From contig OZ242214.1 of the NCBI GenBank assembly GCA_965206595.1, positions 1,024,001 through 1,088,000 on the forward strand: a stretch of DNA of 64,000 bases, written 5' to 3'. A program made the position numbers and the translations under genes. The notes below the pieces were generated by a model. That model saw only the letters and a program-made list of their open reading frames with translations, had not been told where the DNA came from and did no database searches. Shown in pieces: positions 9,649 to 17,890 of this stretch. How positions within the stretch are numbered: the first letter of the stretch is position 1; each line of letters opens with the position of its first letter. This DNA comes from Candidatus Latescibacterota bacterium (GTDB taxonomy: Bacteria; Latescibacterota; UBA2968; UBA8231).

Positions 9649-10647
9649 CTATTTTGGAGGGATGGGCGGGGTCCCGGCAGGAATCCCCCTTGAGCACCCG
9701 GCCGGGTTCACCGCGGCGGCTTCGGTGATCTTGAGAGAGGGGACCGAGGTGTCGAGCTCGGCGCGGATCCCGACCGGAAGCACCAGGCGGCGAGGGAAAT
9801 GGCTGAACGGAAGGCCGGCGACGATGGGGAAATCGGTCCCCCGGGCATGCTCGAGGGCGAGCTCGGCCAGGGTCGGCGCTTCCTCCATCTCTTCGGCGGT
9901 GAAGCAGTCCCTGAACTGGCCGAACAGGAGCCCTCCCAGGCGCTCGAGGACACCGGCCAGGCGCAACTGGTTCAACATGCGGTCGATGCGGTAGGGGTAC
10001 TCGTCGATGTCCTCCAGGACGAGCAGGGCTCCCTCGAGCGGCGGGAAGAACGGGGTGCCGAGAAGACTGCACAGCAGGGCGAGATTGGCCGGCACCAGCG
10101 GTCCGCGCGCGGCCCCCGGACGCACCACACCCATGGACTCCGTGGCCTCGGGAACCGTCCCGAGCGGCTCAGGAGACGTCAACAGCGGCCAGAGCGAGGC
10201 CTCGACGAGGGGGTCCCGGCGCTCGCCGAGGTCGAAGTCGGCCAGGGCGCCGTTGAAGACCGCCAGCCGGGCGCGCGAGTAGAGCGCCAGCAGCAGGGCG
10301 GTGGAGTCGCTGAAGCCGGCGACGATCTTCGGGTCGTTGCGGACGGCCTCGTAATCGAGCCGGTCGAGCAGGCGCCCGCTGCCGTACCCTCCCCGGGCGC
10401 AGAGCACCGCCCTGATCTCCGGGTCGGCGAAGACGCGGTTGAGCTCGGCGGCGCGGGTTTCGTCCGTTCCCGCCAGGTAGTAATGCCGGTCGTGAATGTC
10501 GGGAGATACCTCCAGGCGGTAGCCGAGCTGCTCGAGGTAGGCCGCGGCCTCCAGAGGTCCGCGCTCGGAAGCGGGACGCGAGGGGGCCACCAAGGCCACG
10601 AGATCCCCCGGCTCGAGAACACCGGGGCGATTCAGGCCTGCGGACAT
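9649..10647 (-). CDS. ldcA: LD-carboxypeptidase (S66)
   Basis: ARGGYG, GFSDST, LEDIDEYPYRIDRML, FSH; overlaps the end of mpl. Confidence 0.88.
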   Translation of the reverse strand: MSAGLNRPGVLEPGDLVALVAPSRPASERGPLEAAAYLEQLGYRLEVSPDIHDRHYYLAGTDETRAAELNRVFADPEIRAVLCARGGYGSGRLLDRLDYEAVRNDPKIVAGFSDSTALLLALYSRARLAVFNGALADFDLGERRDPLVEASLWPLLTSPEPLGTVPEATESMGVVRPGAARGPLVPANLALLCSLLGTPFFPPLEGALLVLEDIDEYPYRIDRMLNQLRLAGVLERLGGLLFGQFRDCFTAEEMEEAPTLAELALEHARGTDFPIVAGLPFSHFPRRLVLPVGIRAELDTSVPSLKITEAAAVNPAGCSRGIPAGTPPIPPK

Positions 10648-12074
10648 TTCCCGCTCCCCGCTCCCCGCCGTTTCAGCAGATCGACGAAGGACCGCTGCAC
10701 CCCGCCGAAGCCCCCGTTGCTCATGAAGACCACCAGGTCCCCGGCGGATGCCTCGGAGGCGAGCAGTCCGAGAATCTCTTCCTTCGACGGCGCGAAGCAG
10801 GCCTGTCGGCCTCCGCGGCTCAGCTCCGCGGCAAGACGTTCCGGAGAGAAGGGAGCATCCCCGCGCGCGCGCTCCGGACGCGGCACTGCGGCGAGGGTGA
10901 CGCGGTCCGCCGCGGCGAAGGCATGCAGGTAGCGCTTCTCGAAGACATTCCTCGCGTTGGTGGCGCTCGCCGGCTCGAACACTGCCCACAGACGGGCGGG
11001 GGAGTAGGCTTCCCGCAGGCCGAGCAAGGTCTGCTCGACCGCGGTCGGGTGATGGGCGAAATCGTCGATGACGGTGATGCCTCCGAACTCACCGAGCAGT
11101 TCCTGGCGGCGCCGTATTCCGGTGAATGAGGACAGTCCCTCGGCGATCGCCGCGGCCGGCACTTCGAGGTGGGCGGCCGCGGCCGCGGCTCCGAGGGCGT
11201 TGCGGAGATTGTGCTCGCCGCTCAGACCGATCTCGAAGCGGCCGAAAACGCGCTCCCCTTCCAGTATCGAGAACTGCTGCCGGCCTCGACCCTGCACTAC
11301 CTCGACGGCGCGCCAGCGGCAGGCGTCGCCCATGCCGAAGGTCTGCACCGGCGCCGGTGCCAGCGGCAGCAGCCGCGCGACCACAGGGTCGTCCCCGTTG
11401 GCCAGGATCAACCCGTTGCCCGGCACGGTGTTGAGGAGGTAGCGGAAGGCCCGTTCGATCTCGTCGAGGCTCGCGTACAGGTCGGCGTGGTCGTACTCGA
11501 TGTTGTTGACGAGAAGCAGCTCGGGGCGGTAGAAGAAGAACTTTGGGAACTTGGCGAAGAAGGCGCTGTCGTACTCGTCCCCCTCGATGACGAAGCAGCT
11601 TCCCGAACCCAGCCGGTACGGGCGCGGGAAGTCGCGGGGAATCCCGGCGACCAGGAAGGAAGGATCGAGACCTGCGGAGGCGAGCAGATGGGCTGTCATC
11701 GCCGTGGTCGTGGTCTTGCCGTGCGTACCGGTGACGACGACGGAACGTTTGGAAACCAGGAAGGCGTCCCGCAACAGTTCGGGCAGGCTCGTGTACGGGA
11801 TGCGGCGGTCGAGGGTGGCTTCGACCTCGGGATTGCCGCGCGACACGGCGTTTCCCACCACCACGAGGTCGGGAGCCGGATCCAGTCTGGCCGCGTCGAA
11901 CCCCTCGTACACGCCGACGCGGGCCTGCTCGAGGAAATCGCTCATCGGCGGATAGGTATGGGCGTCCGAGCCGGTCACCCGGCAGCCGCGCTCGGCGAGC
12001 ATTGCCGCAAGCGATCCCATGGCGGTGCCGCAAACCGCGATCAGGTGAACGTGTGCGCCGGGACGGGGTTGCAT
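10632..12074 (-). CDS. mpl: UDP-MurNAc:L-Ala-gamma-D-Glu-mDAP ligase (murein peptide ligase)
   Basis: HLIAVCGTAMGSLA, YPPMSDFL, GNAVSRGNPE, TGTHGKTTT, EGDEYDSAFF, DDFAHHPTAV. Confidence 0.92.
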   Translation of the reverse strand: MQPRPGAHVHLIAVCGTAMGSLAAMLAERGCRVTGSDAHTYPPMSDFLEQARVGVYEGFDAARLDPAPDLVVVGNAVSRGNPEVEATLDRRIPYTSLPELLRDAFLVSKRSVVVTGTHGKTTTTAMTAHLLASAGLDPSFLVAGIPRDFPRPYRLGSGSCFVIEGDEYDSAFFAKFPKFFFYRPELLLVNNIEYDHADLYASLDEIERAFRYLLNTVPGNGLILANGDDPVVARLLPLAPAPVQTFGMGDACRWRAVEVVQGRGRQQFSILEGERVFGRFEIGLSGEHNLRNALGAAAAAAHLEVPAAAIAEGLSSFTGIRRRQELLGEFGGITVIDDFAHHPTAVEQTLLGLREAYSPARLWAVFEPASATNARNVFEKRYLHAFAAADRVTLAAVPRPERARGDAPFSPERLAAELSRGGRQACFAPSKEEILGLLASEASAGDLVVFMSNGGFGGVQRSFVDLLKRRGAGSGKCPQA

Positions 12075-12184
12075 CGATCGGATTCGAAGTGCCGGGGGGA
12101 TCCGGTGGTGAGGCGGAGAGAGCGGCCGGAACGGTCCCAGGGAGAGCGGACGGATTGCCCCTGGACCGACTGTAAGTTTGATTT

Positions 12185-12206
12185 AAACATGAATTAGCGC
12201 AAGTGC
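12185..12206 (+). repeat. Putative attL (AAACATGAATTAGCGCAAGTGC)
   Basis: Matches 21772..21793 at 20 of 22 positions and coincides with the composition shift. Confidence 0.6.
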
Positions 12207-12341
12207 CGCTAACTCGTTGTCTCCCAACGACTTACAGATTATATCTGAACAAGAGAGCACGGGTATATATTTGAGCACTTCAATCGATTGGGGCCGTTAA
12301 CCGGCTTTTTGCGTCACCCGCTAAGGATGGCTGGAAAGTAT

Positions 12342-12379
12342 AAAAAAAGCCCCCCGGAGGCGACTTCCGGGGGGCTTTT
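12342..12379 (-). terminator. Intrinsic terminator (possibly bidirectional)
   Basis: AAAAGCCCCCCGGA-ggcgact-TCCGGGGGGCTTTT hairpin with a 7-T run on the minus strand, just downstream of 12702..12400. Confidence 0.8.
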
Positions 12380-12399
12380 CTGTGAGGAGGATGTGCGGG

Positions 12400-12702
12400 T
12401 TACTGTGGAAAGACGCGGCGGATACGCTCGATTGGCTGTTCGCTTCTCATTTTGTTCCATACTTCCAAGGCAGTGTACGCGAAGCTGTCCAGCAGGAGAC
12501 GCAGACCGGCTTCCGAGGGAACCCATTCGATTTCTCCTGTAACCTCGAAAACCGATATAACATCCGCGGAGTCAAATTCTCCGACTTCCCTGTCAAATTC
12601 GGTTACAGGCTCCTGCCGTTTCAAATAGCTCGCGCTGCCCCTGGCTACTCCCGTTTGCAAGTTTGTCACATCCTGCCCGCGATAAATTGCGAAAGTTTTC
12701 AT
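12400..12702 (-). CDS. Hypothetical protein (100 aa), element cargo
   Basis: RBS GGAAAGGAAG, own sigma70-like promoter and terminator. Confidence 0.65.
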   Translation of the reverse strand: MKTFAIYRGQDVTNLQTGVARGSASYLKRQEPVTEFDREVGEFDSADVISVFEVTGEIEWVPSEAGLRLLLDSFAYTALEVWNKMRSEQPIERIRRVFPQ

Positions 12703-12741
12703 ATCTACTTCCTTTCCCTGTTGGGGTTAAATGATGTCCTA

Positions 12742-12770
12742 AATATATAAATTTGTGCAAGCTACGTCAA
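12742..12770 (-). promoter_or_regulatory. Sigma70-like promoter TTGACG-N17-TATATT
   Basis: -35 at 12770-12765 and -10 at 12747-12742 on the minus strand, 17-bp spacer, ~40 bp upstream of the ATG at 12702. Confidence 0.65.
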
Positions 12771-12857
12771 GGACATAACCGGCTGTTTTTTTGTGGGTTA
12801 CGCTAATGGAGTAGATGCTATTTTTTACATGATATTTTAATAGTATGTCAGCCTGAT

Positions 12858-13319
12858 TTATGCTGGCTCCAGCAATCCGGAATGGCATGAATCGCACAGA
12901 TAAATAACCCGAATTTCCCGCTTCACTTTCGGACCTTTTCGGCGCCACACCTTCCGTCGCCAGGGAGGGCCGGTGATCGGAAACAGGCACTCTTCGCATT
13001 GCGCCCGCTTGAGGCAGTAATGGCCTTGTCTCCATTTTTCTTGCAAAACCGATTCCCAAAGCGTCAGAGCCGGCGTCCCCTTCTTCAAACCCTTGGCCTT
13101 CGAGACTGCCTTTTTAGCGGCTTTTTGCGGCCTTTTTTTAGCCGGCCTGGGGACTTTTCTCCTGGGGACTGGTATCGGCCTGGGGACTGGTATCGGCTCT
13201 GGTGCGGCCTGCTGGCAGGGTGCGGACTCTGGCTTTGGCGGCAAGGTCAACGGAAGATTGCTGGTCAGAAGCCATTCCGCGATTGGGATTTTCTTGACTT
13301 TTCCGGGCATGTTTTTCAT
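12858..13319 (-). CDS. Hypothetical Lys/Pro-rich protein with CxxC...CxxC zinc ribbon
   Basis: PIPVPR repeat, KKRPQKAAKKAVSKAKGLKK, CEEC and CDSC. Confidence 0.45.
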   Translation of the reverse strand: MKNMPGKVKKIPIAEWLLTSNLPLTLPPKPESAPCQQAAPEPIPVPRPIPVPRRKVPRPAKKRPQKAAKKAVSKAKGLKKGTPALTLWESVLQEKWRQGHYCLKRAQCEECLFPITGPPWRRKVWRRKGPKVKREIRVIYLCDSCHSGLLEPA

Positions 13320-14139
13320 TGGTCATTTTTCCGTTCTTGCAAAAAAATCCCCGCCGGCGACCTGCCACGGGTGCCAACGAGGATTTAGGAGAAAGAAACA
13401 AACAGGCTCTCGGCCGTTTGTCTTTCGCCCTGCCATTATCGGAGTTCGCAGTTTTCGCAGAAAAAAAGCCCGATGGAAGAAGCTGGATTCTTCTTCCATC
13501 GGGCTGGCACGTCCTATGCGTCCATGGATGCTCGACCTTGAAAGGTGTCTTGGCGATCCATCCTGCCTCTGTTTCAAACATAAGCATTGCCTATGGATTG
13601 TGTCAAGAACATAAAATTTTCTTATGGACCGCCTTTTCCAGAAAATCCTCCGATAGTTGTTTGTGCAACCGGTGAGGAACTTCGCCTCGACCGCTTGCAC
13701 AACAGATTCAAGGCGAGCAGCAGGTCAGCGCTTTTATGTGTCCACAGTCTCACTTGGAGGCGCTGACAGCCAAAATCCCCGCTACAAGTGGAACCTGCCT
13801 TAACGGGGCCTATGCGTTGGAGGTTGGAGGACAACCTCTGAGGAGAATAGGAAGGGCAGGCAAGCAGATCGAAGCTTGAAGGTCTCCTCCATGCGCCAGC
13901 AGCGATCATTGCTGGCGTTGCGTCTCGGAGCCTCTAACAACTCATTGGCATGAAGAGGTAACTGAGTTACCGCAGAACTCCTTACGGACAGCGAGATTTT
14001 TTATTGTCTCGTGGCGTCCCCGTAGGGCGTTCTGCATCTGAAACATAACAATCTATTGGCATTTGTTGTTTATCAGGAAGAGATAAGAACCAATATAACT
14101 AGAAGTACCCCGCACGGCATGCTATTTTTTATCGTGCAC

Positions 14140-14160
14140 ATCATCGATTTAATCGATGAT
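14140..14160. repeat. Palindrome ATCATCGATT-T-AATCGATGAT (copy 1)
   Basis: Perfect 10-bp arms directly upstream of the RBS of 14176. Confidence 0.8.
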
Positions 14161-14175
14161 AGGGAGAAATCGAAG

Positions 14176-14655
14176 ATGAAAAAACAGGATTTAGAAATCG
14201 AAATCAGCGGAACAGTAGCGGGAAGGAAATTTACCGGACCAAAGATTTTCGAACGGTTGGCGGAGCGACTTAGACCGGGCGGCAGAGAAGAGGCACAGAA
14301 AGCTTTAACGGAAATTGCCCAAGACTTCACCCGGACAGAAGCGGAGCTATTCAGCAATCAAGGCAGGGTAGGTTCCCGCTCAGGTTGGAAGGGATTGAAA
14401 GCGAGCACAAAGAGACGCAAGGGCAATTCAATGATCCTGATCGACAAAGGACGTTTAAAGCGCAGCTTGACAGACGTAAACAGTCCAGACCATTACAGTC
14501 TTGTCACAATCTCCCGTCGTGGACTGGGATTGCACATTGGGACGAATGTCCCCTATTCGAGATTCGTGAACGCCAAACGAAAACTTATCGAGCCGACGAG
14601 GGAGAACGTCAAACGTTGGTCTCAGATGTTGGCTCGCATCTTCACCAAGAATTGA
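14176..14655 (+). CDS. Phage virion morphogenesis / tail-completion-like protein (Mu gpG / P2 gpS type)
   Basis: F..QG....GWKGLKASTKRRKG...LIDKGRLKRSL...IGTNVPYS pattern; RBS AGGGAG. Confidence 0.7.
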   Translation: MKKQDLEIEISGTVAGRKFTGPKIFERLAERLRPGGREEAQKALTEIAQDFTRTEAELFSNQGRVGSRSGWKGLKASTKRRKGNSMILIDKGRLKRSLTDVNSPDHYSLVTISRRGLGLHIGTNVPYSRFVNAKRKLIEPTRENVKRWSQMLARIFTKN

Positions 14656-14656
14656 G

Positions 14657-14681
14657 CCATCATCGATTAAATCGATGATGG
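14657..14681. repeat. Palindrome CCATCATCGATT-A-AATCGATGATGG (copy 2)
   Basis: Perfect 12-bp arms just after the stop of 14176..14655 and upstream of terL. Confidence 0.8.
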
Positions 14682-14743
14682 GGACCCCTGCGCCAAAGTG
14701 ATTTTCATACCTATGGGAACGTGGATGGCCTTTCCCTTTCACC

Positions 14744-16348
14744 ATGAGTAAGACACCAGTTGCCGCCAATCGGCTCTACCAACACAAACACAAAACCGTC
14801 AAGCGTTTCGAGGCTATGGGCTCCCGTAGAGAGCCTTTGCAGCCTCTAACCTTCCGGGAGTTCGTCCAGACACTCCGCGTCCCTTCGTCACACCCCAGGC
14901 TGGCCGGAAAACCGCTACAATTTCAACGCTGGCAATGGGCCTTCCTTAATGACTTATACCGGACGGGGTTGCAAGAGGTTGGGTTAAGTGTGGCGCGAAA
15001 AAACGGAAAAAGCTCAATGCTGGCTGCCGCTCTATTGTGGCAACTACTTCACGGGCGCGAGAGTTGGCGTTGCCTGCTGACTTCAGACACTGGCGACCAC
15101 AGTGCAGAAGTTCGGCGCCATATGAAAGAGCTTGCGGAGGCAAGCGGCTATCTCGATGACGGGCCGGCAAGTGAACAGTTGCTTTCATTTCGCAGCGGTC
15201 CCCAGGCAGGCAAAGCTATTTCCAACCTGAATCAAGCGGAGGTTCATTTTCTCACTTCCGGCCCTACAGCCGGGCAAGCGGGCGGCGGCGATTGGGTCGT
15301 TGTAGATGAAGCGGGCCTACTTGGCGAGAATCAGCGGGAGTTGTGGAACAGCCTGTATCAAGCTGTCTCGGCCCGCTCGGGGCGCTTCATTGCCGTAGGT
15401 GTCCAAGGTCGCGGGCCGATGTTTGCAGAGCTTAAAAATCGCTCTACGGACTCGAAGAAGGTGGCCTTTCACTACTACGGAACAGACGGCGCAAACCTCG
15501 ATGACCGGGAAGCTTGGAAGGCTGCGAATCCCGGTTTGGGGAAAATCAAGAGCCTCGCCTACATGGAGGCTGCGAGCGAGAAAGCAAAAGCCTCTCAACT
15601 CGATGAAACAGACTTCCGTTTGTATGACTTAAACGAGCCTGTCGAAAAATCAGCGGAGCTAATTTGCAGCCTCTCAGACTGGCGAGTTTGTATTACGGAC
15701 TCCCTTCCCCCTCGGACAGGACGTTGCTTTTTCGGGTTCGACCTTGGCGGCAGCCGCTCGATGACGGCAGCCGCTGCCGTTTGGGAAAATGGACGGTGTG
15801 AGTTGTTCGCAGCCTTTCCAGACGAGCCCGACCTACTCGCAAGGGGGGATGCGGATAACGTCGGGAGGCTCTACGCGGCCGCACAGACAGCCGGGGAGTT
15901 GACGACCTATCCAGGGAAGCATTGTGACGCGGGCGCTTTCCTGCTGGACTGCATGGACGCTCTGCAAGGAGAGAGGATCGTTTGTGCGGGAGCGGATCGC
16001 TACCGACAAGCCGAAATTGAGAAGGTGTTGGAGGATTCGAAAATCCGGCTCCCCATAGTGTTTCGAGGGACCGGAGCGGGAGTAAAATCGGACGGCTCTT
16101 TCGATGTGCGAGCTTTCGATAAATGGGTGACGACTTCCAAGTTGAAACTCAAGGCGCACTTACTCGCAGCGCAGGCGATAACAGACTCCCGGATACGCTA
16201 CGATCAGGCCGGCAACCCTGCCCTGGACAAGAGCGGGAAAAATTCTCGAATTGACATTCTATCCGCCTTGTTAATGGCCGTTGGCCTATGCGAGAAACAC
16301 GGCGCCAAGGCCAGACAGCGCCGACCCCTGCGAGCGGAGGCAGTTTGA
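14744..16348 (+). CDS. terL: Terminase large subunit (HK97/cos-type, Terminase_1-like)
   Basis: Q..WQ, Walker A VARKNGKS, Walker B VVVDEAG, WKAANPGLG, nuclease GFDLG and RIDILSAL. Confidence 0.9.
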   Translation: MSKTPVAANRLYQHKHKTVKRFEAMGSRREPLQPLTFREFVQTLRVPSSHPRLAGKPLQFQRWQWAFLNDLYRTGLQEVGLSVARKNGKSSMLAAALLWQLLHGRESWRCLLTSDTGDHSAEVRRHMKELAEASGYLDDGPASEQLLSFRSGPQAGKAISNLNQAEVHFLTSGPTAGQAGGGDWVVVDEAGLLGENQRELWNSLYQAVSARSGRFIAVGVQGRGPMFAELKNRSTDSKKVAFHYYGTDGANLDDREAWKAANPGLGKIKSLAYMEAASEKAKASQLDETDFRLYDLNEPVEKSAELICSLSDWRVCITDSLPPRTGRCFFGFDLGGSRSMTAAAAVWENGRCELFAAFPDEPDLLARGDADNVGRLYAAAQTAGELTTYPGKHCDAGAFLLDCMDALQGERIVCAGADRYRQAEIEKVLEDSKIRLPIVFRGTGAGVKSDGSFDVRAFDKWVTTSKLKLKAHLLAAQAITDSRIRYDQAGNPALDKSGKNSRIDILSALLMAVGLCEKHGAKARQRRPLRAEAV

Positions 16349-16746
16349 TTGCACCGGTGAAAAATTCAGTCTACAAAACCGCAAGGTGGCAACGGCTGCG
16401 GAAAGAGGTATTGAAGCGGGATGGCTACCGGTGCACGATTTGTTATCGAGCCGGGCGTCTGCACGTCCATCATCGGATTCCGGTTCCTTACAGGCTGACT
16501 CCTCCGATAATTGCAAAGGTGGTTTTCAACTTGGAAAATCTCCTGAGCGTTTGCGGAACTTGCCACAACGAATTACACGCTCGCATGAAGTCGGAGCCTC
16601 CCCCAGGTTGCAAACCATTTGCTCAATACGTCCAAAACCTAATGAAGGAAATTGAAAATGACAGCATTGCAGAAACTCCAAGTCAGTCAATCCGAACTAA
16701 GAGAAAAAGCGTCAACCCTGCTCGCCAAAGAGAATTTGTCTTCTGA
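16345..16746 (+). CDS. HNH endonuclease (HK97 gp74-like terminase cofactor)
   Basis: YKTARWQRLRKEVLKRDGYRCTIC...VHHRIP...NLLSVCGTCHNELH; TTG start overlapping the terL stop, GGAGG RBS. Confidence 0.85.
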   Translation: MIAPVKNSVYKTARWQRLRKEVLKRDGYRCTICYRAGRLHVHHRIPVPYRLTPPIIAKVVFNLENLLSVCGTCHNELHARMKSEPPPGCKPFAQYVQNLMKEIENDSIAETPSQSIRTKRKSVNPARQREFVF

Positions 16747-17887
16747 CGAGAGAATCGAGCTTGACGGACACACCCGGCGACTTACCGAGCTTGAAACGGA
16801 ACTTCGGGCGGCGATTTTGCTTGACGAGACGGAAACGGCAACCGAAGGCGACAATAAGGCAAAGGAAAAGCAGGAGCTTGCCGGCAAATTAAAGCTTGGT
16901 CGTTACCTTGGCGCAGCCGCGACAGAAGAAAGGATTGCAGACGGTCCCGAAGCGGAATTTGCGCAAGAGGAAAAGCTTGAAAGTTTCCAAGTTCCTTTTG
17001 AGGCAATAGCTCCGCGTGAAACGGAGAAAAGGGTAGATGCCACTACCTCGGCGCCTTCGGACGTAGGACAGGACCAGGACCCTATCTTGAGGCGAGTTTT
17101 CGCGAGGGGCGCGGCATTGTGGTCTGGCGTTGTCTTTCCGTCTGTGGGCGTTGGCGAGAAACAATTTCCCGTTCTCAGTGCTGGAAATACTCCCGCCCTT
17201 ATTGCTAAGGATAGCTCGCACGATGCAACGGCGGCATCTTGGGAAGTCAAGGTTTTATCTCCCAAAAGAATGACGGCGCGATACACGCTCGCAATCGAAG
17301 ACGCAGCCGTTTTCGCAGGTATGGAAGCTGCTCTGAGAGAAGACTTGAGCGGCGCCATTGCTCAGGAAATTGACAAAGAGATTTTGGCGGGAGATGGAAC
17401 CGGACAACATGTAAGCGGATTTTTCGACCTAAGTTCCGGCCCCTTAACTGCGCCATCTGATCCAACAGCGGAAAGCGGAAGGCCTGACTACATCGAGGCC
17501 ATCGCCGGCAGTGTGGACGGCAAATACGCACTGGAAAATGGCGACGTGAAGCTTTTGATCGGTTCGGGAACAAACAAGCATATGGCGGCGAAGTTTGGCA
17601 GTGGCAACGCCAGCGATATGACCGCTCTGACACACGTCAAAGCGATTTCGGGGGGTTGTCGTGTCTCTGCTCACGTCCCGGCAGTAGCGACCAAGTTCCA
17701 GCTTGCCCTTGCCTGTCGGAAAATGGGTAGCGCCGTCGCTCCGGTTTGGAAAGCTGTCTCGTTGATACGCGATCCCTACAGCAATGCAGGTTCCGGTTTG
17801 GTCGCGCTGACGATGCACGTTCTGTGGGCATTCGACGTGCCACGACATAACGGTTGGAAGCTGCTTAAATTTCAGGTTCAATCGTAG
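16658..17887 (+). CDS. Major capsid protein (HK97 fold, N-terminal coiled-coil delta domain)
   Basis: Helical N-terminus; VLSPKRMTAR...LREDLSGAIAQEIDKEILAGDGTG...SGF; LIRDPYS.A.SG.V.L. Confidence 0.85.
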   Translation: MTALQKLQVSQSELREKASTLLAKENLSSDERIELDGHTRRLTELETELRAAILLDETETATEGDNKAKEKQELAGKLKLGRYLGAAATEERIADGPEAEFAQEEKLESFQVPFEAIAPRETEKRVDATTSAPSDVGQDQDPILRRVFARGAALWSGVVFPSVGVGEKQFPVLSAGNTPALIAKDSSHDATAASWEVKVLSPKRMTARYTLAIEDAAVFAGMEAALREDLSGAIAQEIDKEILAGDGTGQHVSGFFDLSSGPLTAPSDPTAESGRPDYIEAIAGSVDGKYALENGDVKLLIGSGTNKHMAAKFGSGNASDMTALTHVKAISGGCRVSAHVPAVATKFQLALACRKMGSAVAPVWKAVSLIRDPYSNAGSGLVALTMHVLWAFDVPRHNGWKLLKFQVQS

Positions 17888-17890
17888 GCA

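Noticed and set aside
12178-12208. Resemblance of the left boundary (reverse strand TTGCGCTAATTCATGTTTAAAT) to a Xer dif site
   Set aside because: The XerC- and XerD-like arms are not separated by a 6-bp spacer and the XerD-like arm has an extra base
13093-13700. ORFs 13093..13614 (+), 13138..13587 (-) and 13323..13700 (-) as TerS or Rep candidates
   Set aside because: No recognisable motifs or clear RBS, and they overlap one another; left unassigned
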